A DNA stretch of 64,000 bases from Actinomycetota bacterium (GTDB lineage Bacteria > Actinomycetota > Rubrobacteria > Rubrobacterales > Rubrobacteraceae), in NCBI GenBank assembly GCA_046732815.1, contig JBKPNW010000063.1, forward strand, positions 3,370 through 67,369. The letters run 5' to 3'. The position numbers and the translations under genes were made by a program. Numbering within the stretch: position 1 is the first letter of the stretch; each line of letters starts with the position of its first letter. The notes below the pieces were generated by a model that was not told where the DNA came from, did no database searches, and saw only the letters and a program-made list of their open reading frames with translations. Positions 38,374 to 48,559 of the stretch are shown piece by piece.

Positions 38374-38827
38374 GGCCTTCGCCCTCGGCACGATCTCGGG
38401 CCTGCGCTCGCTCTCGGGTCCGGCCTTCGTGAGCCGCGCTGCGAGCCGTGGAAAGTTGGACCTCGAAGGAACCTCTCTGGCTCTTTTGGGCTCACCGCGA
38501 CTTGCGAAGTTGCTCGCGCTGATGGAGCTCGGGGAGCTCGTCGGGGACAAGCTACCGATAACGCCGAGCCGCACGGCACCCCCACCTCTCCTCGGTCGTG
38601 CGGCCTCCGGAGGCCTGGTTGGGGCCGCCGTGTTCGTCGCAGGGGGCCGTCGCGCCGCGACCGGAGCGGTACTCGGTTCTGCCGCGGCTGTCGTCGCCGC
38701 CTTCGCAGGAGAACGGCTGCGCGCGCAACTAGTCGAGGTATCCGGTCTCCCCGACCCCGTCGTCGCGCTCGCGGGGGACGCCATAGTTTTGCTCGTCGGG
38801 TTTGCCTCGTTGCGGGAGCCCCGTTAG
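38360..38827 (+). CDS. DUF4126-like membrane protein
   Basis: GLRS..GP, GELVGDKLP.TP.R pattern; RBS ggagg before GTG 38360. Confidence 0.65.
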   Translation: MLWRKAFALGTISGLRSLSGPAFVSRAASRGKLDLEGTSLALLGSPRLAKLLALMELGELVGDKLPITPSRTAPPPLLGRAASGGLVGAAVFVAGGRRAATGAVLGSAAAVVAAFAGERLRAQLVEVSGLPDPVVALAGDAIVLLVGFASLREPR

Positions 38828-38836
38828 CCCGGGATC

Positions 38837-39637
38837 GTGTCCGGTGACCGGGACAGGCTCAGAACGACCTTCGATAGCGCGGCGTCGCTCTACGATGAGG
38901 TACGTCCTGGTTATCCCGACGAGCTCTTCGACGACATCGTCTCGCTCTCCGGAATACCGCCGGCGGGGCGAATACTCGAGAAAGGTTGCGGTACGGGCCA
39001 GGCCACGGTGCCCTTTGCCCGCCGCGGCCATCACATCCTCTGCATCGAGCTCGGCGAGAACCTGGCCGCGGTCGCACGCCGTAATCTGGAAGGATATCCG
39101 CTGGCAGAAGTGCGCGCCGGAGCCTTCGAAGAGTGGCCTCTGCAACAAGGAGCCTTCGACCTCGCGATCTCGGCCACCGCCTTCCACTGGCTCGACCCTG
39201 CCGTGGCCTATTCCAAGACCGCACGTGCACTCAAAGAAGGAGGCTCTCTCGCCCTGTTCTGGAACGTGCACGTACATAGCGATGCGAGCGAACGTTTCTT
39301 CGAGGAGGTACAGCGAATCTACGAGCGCGAAGCGCCGGAGATCGTCGGACCGGACGACCACAGACTTCCCCGACCCAGCGAAGTCCCGGACAGGACCGCG
39401 GAGATCGAGGCCTCCGGAATGTTCGGCGCGATCACGGCCCGCCATTACAGGTGGGACGAAACTTACGACACCGGAGGGTATCTCCGCGTCCTCAGCACCT
39501 ACTCCGGGCACAGGAGCCTGCGTGACGATACCCGCAGGCGCCTGTTCCGCGGCATCGCCGATCTTGCCGACACGAAGTTCGGCGGCCGTATCGTGAAGGG
39601 CTACCTGACCACTCTCTACGTCGCCCAAAGAAGATAG
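38837..39637 (+). CDS. Class I SAM-dependent methyltransferase
   Basis: YDEVRPGYP, E.GCGTG, FDLAISATAFHW. Confidence 0.9.
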   Translation: MSGDRDRLRTTFDSAASLYDEVRPGYPDELFDDIVSLSGIPPAGRILEKGCGTGQATVPFARRGHHILCIELGENLAAVARRNLEGYPLAEVRAGAFEEWPLQQGAFDLAISATAFHWLDPAVAYSKTARALKEGGSLALFWNVHVHSDASERFFEEVQRIYEREAPEIVGPDDHRLPRPSEVPDRTAEIEASGMFGAITARHYRWDETYDTGGYLRVLSTYSGHRSLRDDTRRRLFRGIADLADTKFGGRIVKGYLTTLYVAQRR

Positions 39638-39653
39638 AGATCTCCTGCTTCCA

Positions 39654-39677
39654 GGCGGTTTCAAACCCGCCCCTTAC
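39654..39677 (-). repeat. GTAG-type REP (GTAA variant), overlapping a stop codon
   Basis: ggcggtttcaaacccgccccttac; TAA 39674-39676 is the kinase stop. Confidence 0.7.
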
Positions 39678-40534
39678 ATCCCGAATCTCCCCAGCGTCCT
39701 CCGCACCGCATCCAGATATCCCCCGCCGAAGTAGTACGTGTGGACCAGCAGCGGGTAGAGGCTGTACAGGTCGCGGCGGGTCTCGAAGAAGGCTTTGGCT
39801 ATGCCCCGTATCTCCGCGTAGCGCTCCAGAAAAGCGTGGCCGAAGGAGTCGAAGAGGTTGATGAAGGCCAGTTCGATCTCCGGGTCGGCGTGGTAGATGG
39901 CGGGATCCAGGAATGCGGTAATGCGTTCCCCTCGCGCCAGCACGTTGGCGCTCCAGACGTCGCCGTGGATCAGGCCTGGAGGGTTCGGTTCCCCGATCAA
40001 AGCGTCCAGCTGATCAGCTAGACGCTCCACCCCATGCACATCCTCCGCTGGCAACCTTCCCGCATCGTGGGCGATCCGGGCCACATACAACAACCTCTGA
40101 TCTCGAAAGAACTCCACCCAGCTCTCGGTCGCCGGATTAGGCTGGTCGAGACTGCCGATGAGGGTGTTTCGCTCGTGACCATAGGTGTCGGAGGTAATGT
40201 CGTGCAGCGCGGCGAGTACTTCGGCGGCGTGGCGTTCGGCACCCTCGGAGAAGCGGCTGCTGCCTTCTACAAACTCCATCAGTAGCAGCGTCTCGGAGCC
40301 GTGGTAGACGTCGGGTACAGGGAGATCGCTCTTCTCGCGCAGGTAGCGGAGCATGTAGGCCTCACGCTCCAGGTGGGACGCGCCTTCCCTATCTATCTTG
40401 GCTACGAGCGGGGTGCCGTCTTCCAGCTCGACCCTGTAGACCTCGCCGATGCAGCCGCCCCCGAGAGGACGCACGGAGAGCATCCGCTCCCCGAGGTGAG
40501 CTTCGACGCCTTCGGCGACTATCCTCTCAGTCAC
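39674..40534 (-). CDS. Fructosamine kinase family protein
   Basis: GGGCIG, LIHGDVWSAN, FLDPA.Y..DPEIELA motifs. Confidence 0.9.
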   Translation of the reverse strand: MTERIVAEGVEAHLGERMLSVRPLGGGCIGEVYRVELEDGTPLVAKIDREGASHLEREAYMLRYLREKSDLPVPDVYHGSETLLLMEFVEGSSRFSEGAERHAAEVLAALHDITSDTYGHERNTLIGSLDQPNPATESWVEFFRDQRLLYVARIAHDAGRLPAEDVHGVERLADQLDALIGEPNPPGLIHGDVWSANVLARGERITAFLDPAIYHADPEIELAFINLFDSFGHAFLERYAEIRGIAKAFFETRRDLYSLYPLLVHTYYFGGGYLDAVRRTLGRFGM

Positions 40535-41009
40535 GGTCCGTAAGGTGACGGTCACGGACGTCATCGAGGAGACCCTCGGATGCCGCTTCGATCAGACCAA
40601 GCACGTGCTCGAAACCATCGGGGCCAAGATAATACGGGTCGGGGACCTCACGCACGGGCGAATCGGTCGCAAAATCCAGGAAGGGTCTCACGACAGCGGT
40701 ACCCTGGCAGAGGGCCGAGACCGCCCTGTAGTTCTCCTCGTCCATCGTCAGGATGTAGTCGAACCTCTGGCAGTCCTCGGGGTCGAGAAGGCGGGCCCGC
40801 TGGCGCGAGATATCTATCCCGCGGGAGAACACGCTCTCCTGCGCCCTCGGGTCGGGCGGCTCCCCGGCGTGGTAGAAGCCGTGGGTGCCTGCCGAGTCGA
40901 CCCTTATCTCATCAGCCAGTCCCTCCCGCCGGGCCACGTTCTCGAAGACGCCTTCTGCCACCGGACTACGACAAATGTTCCCCGTGCAGACGAAGAGGAT
41001 GCTGACCAT
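40527..41009 (-). CDS. Low-molecular-weight protein-tyrosine phosphatase
   Basis: FVCTGNICRSP P-loop, DSAGT, VPDPYY. Confidence 0.95.
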   Translation of the reverse strand: MVSILFVCTGNICRSPVAEGVFENVARREGLADEIRVDSAGTHGFYHAGEPPDPRAQESVFSRGIDISRQRARLLDPEDCQRFDYILTMDEENYRAVSALCQGTAVVRPFLDFATDSPVREVPDPYYLGPDGFEHVLGLIEAASEGLLDDVRDRHLTDRD

Positions 41010-41119
41010 AGGCGCTAACTATACCCAGTGGGGACGCCTTCTCAAAAGCGGATTGAACCCGGGTGAGATACTGCGGGCTCGCGTATACTTGTTTGCGACG
41101 CGAACGCATCGGAGATTCT

Positions 41120-41689
41120 GTGGAGACGCAGACGAAGGTCGAGGGAAGGATCAGACGCCGCTTCACGGTGGACGAGTATCACCGCATGGCCGAAGCCGGC
41201 ATCCTCCGGGAGGATGATCGGGTGGAGCTGATCGGGGGAGAGATCGTAGAGATGAGTCCTATCGGCGGCCGGCACGCGGCATGCGTCAGGGAGATCAACC
41301 ACCTTCTGAGCCGTCAGCTTGGCGATGAGCTGCGCGTCGATGTGCAGAGTCCTGTGAAGCTGAACGAGCAAGAGGAGCCGCAGCCGGATCTCGCCGTGAT
41401 CCGTACGAGAGACTACGCCGGCTCACTACCCACCCCCGAAGACGTGCTGCTGCTCGCCGAGGTAGCCGACACGTCTCTCGCCTACGACCGTAGCGTGAAG
41501 TTGCCGCTCTACGCCCGATTCGGGATACCGGAGGTCTGGCTTGTGGACCTCAACGGAGGGATCATCGAGCGCCACACCGAACCATCCGAAGACGGTTACC
41601 ATCTCGTCCGGCGGGCCGGACGGAGAGAGTCGCTCGAATCCGCCGTGTTGCCCGCTCTTGCCATCCCGGTGGACGCGGCGTTCGGCTGA
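41120..41689 (+). CDS. Uma2 (DUF820) family endonuclease-fold protein
   Basis: RVELIGGEI, PQPDLAV, EVAD.S...DR..K..LYA..GIPEVWLVD. Confidence 0.9.
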   Translation: METQTKVEGRIRRRFTVDEYHRMAEAGILREDDRVELIGGEIVEMSPIGGRHAACVREINHLLSRQLGDELRVDVQSPVKLNEQEEPQPDLAVIRTRDYAGSLPTPEDVLLLAEVADTSLAYDRSVKLPLYARFGIPEVWLVDLNGGIIERHTEPSEDGYHLVRRAGRRESLESAVLPALAIPVDAAFG

Positions 41690-41759
41690 TCCCCCATCAT
41701 TTCCACACGGCGGGTTTGCTAGACTGACCATTCTCGCACGTTCCGCGAAGGAGGGAGAT

Positions 41760-42809
41760 ATGGCTGAGGTACGCAAGGTAGGAATGTTGACCGGTGGCGG
41801 CGACGCACCGGGGTTGAACGGTGTGATCCGAGCCGTCACGACCAAGTGCGTCGAAGACTACGGCTACGAGGTCGTCGGCCTCAAGCGCGGCTGGAAGTCT
41901 CTGCTAGATCCCGAAGCGGATACGGTCATGCCCCTCGGCGTGGACGATGTGCGCTACATCCTGCAAGAAGGCGGCACCATCTTAGGCTCCTCGCGCACGA
42001 ACCCCTACAAGAACGAGGGCGACCCAGAGAGGGTCGTAAGGCAGATGGAAGACTTCGGCGTGGACGCCCTGGTCGCCATAGGCGGCGACGACACCCTGGG
42101 CGTCGCCAAGCGCCTCTACGACGACTTCGGGGTGCAGGTCGTGGGATGCCCCAAGACCATCGACAACGATCTCTCGGCGACGGATACGACCTTCGGGTAC
42201 GACACGGCCGTCTCCATCGCCACAGACGCCATAGACAAGCTTCGGACCACTGCCAAGAGCCACGAGCGGGTGATCGTGGTCGAGGTGATGGGGCGGCATG
42301 CGGGTTGGATCACCTGGGGCGCTGGCCTCGCTAGCGCGGCAGACGTCACCCTGATACCCGAGGTCGAGCCCGACCTGGACCAGATCGCGGACATCTTCGA
42401 GAATCGCGCAGAAAAAGGTGAGAAGTGGGGCCTCGTCGCCGTGAGCGAGGGCGTAACACTCTCCGAAGAATTCATGACGCAGAACGCGGAGACTGACGAG
42501 TTCGGCCACGTGAGGCTAGGTGGCATCGCGGAGACTTTGGCCGGGGAGATCGAAGAGCGTACCGGAATCGAGACGCGCCACGTGGTCCTCGGCCACCTGC
42601 AACGCGGCGGCACCCCCACAGCCTTCGATCGCATCCTGAGCACCCGCTACGGCCTCAGGGCCGCCGAGGCCGTGAAGGGCGGAGAATGGGGCCAGATGGT
42701 CGCGCTCAGGGGCAACGAGATCGTGACCGTCGACCTCGCAGAGGCCACCGAGGAGACCAAGACCGTTCCCGAGGACTACTACAAAGTAGTCGAGACGTTC
42801 TTCGGCTGA
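41760..42809 (+). CDS. pfkA: 6-phosphofructokinase (PPi-type signature)
   Basis: TGGGDAPGLN, GGDDT, PKTIDND, EVMGR, LGHLQRGG. Confidence 0.92.
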   Translation: MAEVRKVGMLTGGGDAPGLNGVIRAVTTKCVEDYGYEVVGLKRGWKSLLDPEADTVMPLGVDDVRYILQEGGTILGSSRTNPYKNEGDPERVVRQMEDFGVDALVAIGGDDTLGVAKRLYDDFGVQVVGCPKTIDNDLSATDTTFGYDTAVSIATDAIDKLRTTAKSHERVIVVEVMGRHAGWITWGAGLASAADVTLIPEVEPDLDQIADIFENRAEKGEKWGLVAVSEGVTLSEEFMTQNAETDEFGHVRLGGIAETLAGEIEERTGIETRHVVLGHLQRGGTPTAFDRILSTRYGLRAAEAVKGGEWGQMVALRGNEIVTVDLAEATEETKTVPEDYYKVVETFFG

Positions 42810-42818
42810 ACGCAGGGA

Positions 42819-43712
42819 GTGGGGAGTAGGGATTTGTTCGAGGGCTTCGAGGGAGAGAAGGTAGAGACTCCCGAAGCCCAGATCGAGCTGGTCCACGGGG
42901 GCGAGGGACCGCCCGTCTTGCTGCTGCACGGCTACCCGCAGGCCCGCGCGATGTGGCATCTGGTCGCCCCCAAGCTGGCGGAGGATTTCACGGTCGTGGC
43001 GGCGGACCTGCGGGGATACGGCGACAGTTCCAAACCCTTCGGAGACGGGGATCACAGCACCTATTCGAAGCGGGCGATGGCTGCCGACCAGGTCGCGGTC
43101 ATGGATTCTTTGGGCTTCGATTCTTTCGCCGTAGTCGGGCACGACAGGGGAGGACGGGTCGGGCACAGGTTGGCACTTGATCACCCGGAGCGCGTTACGA
43201 GGCTCGCTGTGCTCGACATCGTGCCCACCCGCCACGTCTTCCGAACGGTGGGCAAGGACCTGGCGACGGCCTACTATCACTGGTTCTTCTTTATCCAGCC
43301 CTACGACCTGCCGGAGACCCTGATCGGGGCTGAACCCTCTTACTACCTGCGGAAGAAACTCGGCGGCTTGGGTACTGCTCTGGAGACCTTCGCGCCCGAG
43401 GCCCTCTCCGAGTACGAACGCTGCTTCGATGCCGCGACCATACATGCGAGTTGCGAGGATTACAGGGCCTCGGCTTCCATCGACCTAGTCCATGATGAGG
43501 GGGACCACAATGAAGGCCGCGTGGTGGAATGTCCGCTCCTGGCCCTCTGGGGCGGGCGTGGCGTGATGGAGAGGATCTACGACGTAACAACGGTCTGGCG
43601 CGAATACGCAAATGACGTGAGAGGCAAGCCTCTCGACGCCGGCCACTTCCTGCCCGAGGAACGGCCCGAAGAGACCACGCAGGAGTTGAGGAGCTTCCTC
43701 CAAGAGGAGTGA
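42819..43712 (+). CDS. Haloacetate/fluoroacetate dehalogenase-like alpha/beta hydrolase
   Basis: LLHGYPQ, GHDRGGR (D-R-x-x-R), YHW, CEDYRA, GHFLPEE. Confidence 0.8.
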   Translation: MGSRDLFEGFEGEKVETPEAQIELVHGGEGPPVLLLHGYPQARAMWHLVAPKLAEDFTVVAADLRGYGDSSKPFGDGDHSTYSKRAMAADQVAVMDSLGFDSFAVVGHDRGGRVGHRLALDHPERVTRLAVLDIVPTRHVFRTVGKDLATAYYHWFFFIQPYDLPETLIGAEPSYYLRKKLGGLGTALETFAPEALSEYERCFDAATIHASCEDYRASASIDLVHDEGDHNEGRVVECPLLALWGGRGVMERIYDVTTVWREYANDVRGKPLDAGHFLPEERPEETTQELRSFLQEE

Positions 43713-43754
43713 TCGAGTAGATCACTCCTGAAAGCGCACGGTTTCTACGCTCAT

Positions 43755-43779
43755 GGATTCCCGCTTTCGCGGGAATGAC
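43755..43779. repeat. dRS3-like repeat ATTCCC-N8-GGGAAT
   Basis: ggattcccgctttcgcgggaatgac. Confidence 0.8.
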
Positions 43780-43870
43780 GTGTGGAGGGGTATCCTATGG
43801 CCGCCCTAACGTGCTCTCTCGAGGACGGACTCGTACAAGACCTGAAACCCATCTATAGTAAACGTTGCGA

Positions 43871-43894
43871 GGGCGGTTCGCGGGCCGCCCCTAC
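43871..43894 (-). repeat. GTAG-type REP
   Basis: gggcggttcgcgggccgcccctac. Confidence 0.75.
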
Positions 43895-43957
43895 AGGGGG
43901 ATCGGTGCGATTCGCCGGACCGCTGCTACCGCGAACCATCCCTGCGTGGGAATTGCG

Positions 43958-44920
43958 TTAACCGGCCTGGCCGTTTTCGGAGGCGTGGGCTCCGATGCGG
44001 CGGTAGCGTTCGTAGCGGACTTTGCGGAGGGTCTTCGGGTCTGTGTCCGAGAGGCCGTCGAGCACCCGGTGCAGGGAATTGTCCACGGCCTCGATGGTGG
44101 CGGTGGCATCGTTGTGGGCGCCGCCGAGGGGCTCGGGGATGATCTCGTCGACGATGCCGCGCCCCTTCATGTCCGCCGCCGTGAGCTTGAGCGCTTCGGC
44201 GGCCTCGGCGGCCCGGCCGGGATCGCGGAAGATTATGGAGGCGCACGCCTCGGGCGCTATGACGGAGAGGTAGGAGTTCTCGAGCATACCAACGTAGTCG
44301 GTTGCGCACATGGCGAGCGCCCCGCCGGAACAACCCTCCCCGATAATGACCGAGATCACGGGCACCGGTATCTTGGCCAGCGCCATGAGGTCGGCGGAGA
44401 TGGCCCACGCCTGTCCCCGCTCCTCCGCGCCCCTACCGGCAAAGGCGCCAGGAGTGTCGACGAGCACGACCACGGGCAGACCGAACCTGGCAGCAAGCTC
44501 GTAGAAACGCTTTACCTTGCGGTAGCCCTCCGGGTGGGCCATCCCGAAATTGCCCTTGACCCTGCTGTTCACGTCCGTTCCTTTGTCGTGGCCGAGGAGG
44601 ACGACGTTGTGCTCACCGATCCTGGCTAACCCGCCCCGCACGGCGGGGTCGTCGCCGAAGAACCTATCGCCGGAGAGCTCGTAGAAGTCATTGGCCAGGG
44701 CGTCGCGGTAGGCCCTGAAGTTCGGACGCTCGGGGTGGCGGGCGACCTGCACGCGCTGGTAGGGGGAGAGGTTGGAGTAGATGCGCCTGCGGGCCGCGTC
44801 GAGGGCATCTTCGAGGCGGGAGATCTCCCCCCGCAGCTCCTCGCTCGGGCCGGCGAGCCGCCGGAGCTCAGCGATACGCTCCTCGAAGTCCTTGATCGGG
44901 CGCTCGAAGTCGAGGATCAT
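43958..44920 (-). CDS. accA: Acetyl-CoA carboxylase carboxyltransferase alpha subunit
   Basis: MILDFERPI, ARHPERP, NFGMAHPEGYRK, DTPGA, GGALA. Confidence 0.95.
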   Translation of the reverse strand: MILDFERPIKDFEERIAELRRLAGPSEELRGEISRLEDALDAARRRIYSNLSPYQRVQVARHPERPNFRAYRDALANDFYELSGDRFFGDDPAVRGGLARIGEHNVVLLGHDKGTDVNSRVKGNFGMAHPEGYRKVKRFYELAARFGLPVVVLVDTPGAFAGRGAEERGQAWAISADLMALAKIPVPVISVIIGEGCSGGALAMCATDYVGMLENSYLSVIAPEACASIIFRDPGRAAEAAEALKLTAADMKGRGIVDEIIPEPLGGAHNDATATIEAVDNSLHRVLDGLSDTDPKTLRKVRYERYRRIGAHASENGQAG

Positions 44921-45687
44921 GGCAAGAACCCCAACAGCCTTTCGAGGTCTCCCTTCAGACTGAGACGGTGCACGATGCGGTCGACCATCCCGTGATCCCT
45001 CTGGAACTCGGCCGTCTGAAAACCCTCGGGCATCCTCTCGCGGGTCGTCTGCTCTATGACCCTGGCACCCGTGAACCCTATCCTGGCCCCGGGTTCGGCC
45101 AGGACCACGTCGGCCGCCGTGGCGAACGAGGCCGTCACCCCCCCGAAGGTGGGATCCGTCAGCACGGAGACGTAGGGCCAGGATCCCTCGACGTAGCGCG
45201 AGAGGGCGACGCTGGTCTTGGCCATCTGCATCAGCGAGTAGACGCCCTCGAACATCCTCGCTCCTCCCGAGGCCGAGACGACGACGAGCGGCAGCTCCTC
45301 CTCTCCTGCAACTTCGATGGTCCTCGCTACCCTCTCCCCGACCGCGCTCCCCATCGAACCCCCGATAAACCGGAAATCGAGCACGGCGAGCGCGACCTGC
45401 TTTCCCCCTATTGCTCCTGTTCCGCTCAAGATGGCGTCATCGAGCCCCGTCTTCGCGCGCGCCTTCTCGAGCCTCTGGCGGTAATCCTCGAACCCGAGGG
45501 GATCGTCGGCGACGATGCTCCCGTCCCGCTCCTCGAAACTGCCCGCGTCGGTGAGGAGCCTAATCCGCTCGGGCGCAGAGAGCGGGTAGTGGAACTCGCA
45601 GTGGGGACAGACGTTGAAGCGCGCCCTGAGGTCCTTCTCGTAGATCGGCTGCCCGCACTTCTCGCACTTGGTGAAGACGGAATCCAT
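44917..45687 (-). CDS. accD: Acetyl-CoA carboxylase carboxyltransferase beta subunit
   Basis: Zinc finger CEKC...CPHC, GGSMG, SGGARM.EG, PT.GGV.ASFA; the true start may lie further upstream. Confidence 0.93.
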   Translation of the reverse strand: MDSVFTKCEKCGQPIYEKDLRARFNVCPHCEFHYPLSAPERIRLLTDAGSFEERDGSIVADDPLGFEDYRQRLEKARAKTGLDDAILSGTGAIGGKQVALAVLDFRFIGGSMGSAVGERVARTIEVAGEEELPLVVVSASGGARMFEGVYSLMQMAKTSVALSRYVEGSWPYVSVLTDPTFGGVTASFATAADVVLAEPGARIGFTGARVIEQTTRERMPEGFQTAEFQRDHGMVDRIVHRLSLKGDLERLLGFLP

Positions 45688-45761
45688 GGGGCCGACGCCG
45701 CTCTCGGTCTCGGGCGCGGTCCTCGAGTACTCCCTGCGTTTGCTCAGCCAGTTCCTGATCT

Positions 45762-46543
45762 CTAGCCCCCCGCCTCGACCCCGGAGAGCGCCTCACGCAC
45801 CTCGCGCAGCCACCCCCCGGCCCGCTCCGCCCCGCCTTCCTCGACGAGCCGCATGAGCTTGCTCCCGATAATAATCCCGTCGGCCTCCTCTGCAGCCTCG
45901 GCGGCGGCCCGGGCCGAACCGATCCCGAAGCCGAGGGCCACGGGCGCATCTGTCCTCGCGCGCACGCGCCTCAGAAGCTCGACCGCGCCCTGCGGCAGGG
46001 AATCACGCACCCCGGTTACCCCGGCCACGGAGACGCAGTAAACGAACCCCGTCGCCATCTCGCCGACGCGGGAGACGCGCCCGTCGGGCGAGGTCGGAGC
46101 GACGAGCGGGCAGAAGGCGACGCCGGCCGCGACCGCAAGTTCGGCGAAGTGGGCCGCCTCGTCCACGGGGAGGTCAGGGATCACCAGGCCCGAGACGCCG
46201 GCCTCTACCGCCTCCTGCAAGAATCGCTCTGCCCCGCGCGCGAAGATCACGTTGTAGTAGAGCAACAAGACTACGGGTACTCTTCCCGAGAAAGCCGAGG
46301 CGAGTTCCAGGCAGTAGTCGAGATCGGCCCCGTTCTCGAGGGCGCGCGTGGTCGTGTCCTGTATGGTCGGCCCGTCGGCGAGCGGGTCGGAGAAGGGCAC
46401 TCCAATCTCCAGCACATCGGCGCCGGCTTCCAGGTAAGCCTCCCCTACCTTCGTCGCCCCTTCGAGCGTCGGATAGCCGCCGGTCAGGTAGGGCACGAGC
46501 GCGGTCCGCCCCTCCCTGAAAGCGCTCCTCACACGGTCGCCGT

Positions 46544-46547
<4 letters not shown>
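45762..46547 (-). CDS. trpA: Tryptophan synthase alpha chain
   Basis: [31 protein letters not shown]; TTG start overlapping the trpB stop. Confidence 0.95.
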
Positions 46548-47777
<1,230 letters not shown>

Positions 47778-47794
<17 letters not shown>

Positions 47795-48392
47795 GGACGA
47801 ACCTCCGCACCCGCTCACCGTTCTTTATACCCGGCCCATCCTCCAGGGAACTCGACGCGTCTACCCCGTAGGGCTCGAAGAACTCGACCGCCTCGTGTAC
47901 GTTCTCCGGGCCGAGCCCGCCGGAGACGACGATGTTATCACGTCCTCTCACGGACTTCGCCACCTCCCAATCGAACCGCTCGCCCGTGCCTCCCCGCACC
48001 CTCTCGCTGAATGTATCGAGCAGGAAAAGGTCGGCCTCGTAAGCGTCCAACGCCTCGAGCGAGGTGGCGTCTCTTATCCGCAGCGCCTTCATGACTTTGA
48101 CCCCGCCTTCCCGCACGGCGGTTACGGTCTCGGGCGTCTCCTCACCGTGGAGTTGAGCCAGGTCGAGCCCGACCTCCCGCGAGATCCTCGAGACCTCGGC
48201 CGGCTCCTCGTCCACGAACACGCCGACTCTGATGATGTTCTCCGGCAGCGCTTTGGAGATCCTGCGCGCCTCCTCGACACCCACGCGACGCGGGCTCTCG
48301 GCGAAGATGAACCCTACCGCGTCGGCCCCCGCGTCGGAGGCCGCGCGGGCGTCCCCGGCGTTGGTAATGCCACATATCTTGACCAGCGTCAT
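47778..48392 (-). CDS. trpF: Phosphoribosylanthranilate isomerase
   Basis: VKICGIT, QLHG.E, GGTG..FDW, SGGL.PENV, GVDASS. Confidence 0.95.
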
Positions 48393-48414
48393 AATGCGAA
48401 GTGTACTCCTTAAA

Positions 48415-48453
48415 GCGGGTTGGGGGAGGGGCGGCGCCCCTCCCCCAACCCGC
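48415..48453. repeat. Perfect 18-3-18 palindrome abutting E10, 23 nt upstream of trpF
   Basis: gcgggttgggggaggggc-ggc-gcccctcccccaacccgc. Confidence 0.95.
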
Positions 48454-48525
48454 GCCGATCAGCCGGTCAGCAATTCAGCTTGTCAGGTTTTTGATCTGGC
48501 TGACATGCTGAGCGGCTGACTGACC
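48454..48525. repeat. TCAGC/GCTGA-array element E10
   Basis: tcagc-cgg-tcagc-aat-tcagc-ttg-tcagg, T-rich centre, gctga-cat-gctga-gcg-gctga. Confidence 0.9.
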
Positions 48526-48559
48526 ATATGCACAGCGCCGTATAGATTACTATGGGCGG

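Noticed and set aside
38975-39000. Atypical EKGCGTG in methyltransferase motif I
   Set aside because: A single substitution in a tolerant position; it says nothing reliable about function.
41120-41689. Uma2 nuclease as a defence system or as the mobiliser of the repeats
   Set aside because: Stand-alone Uma2 genes are common and often multi-copy; no partner gene or flanking repeat is present.
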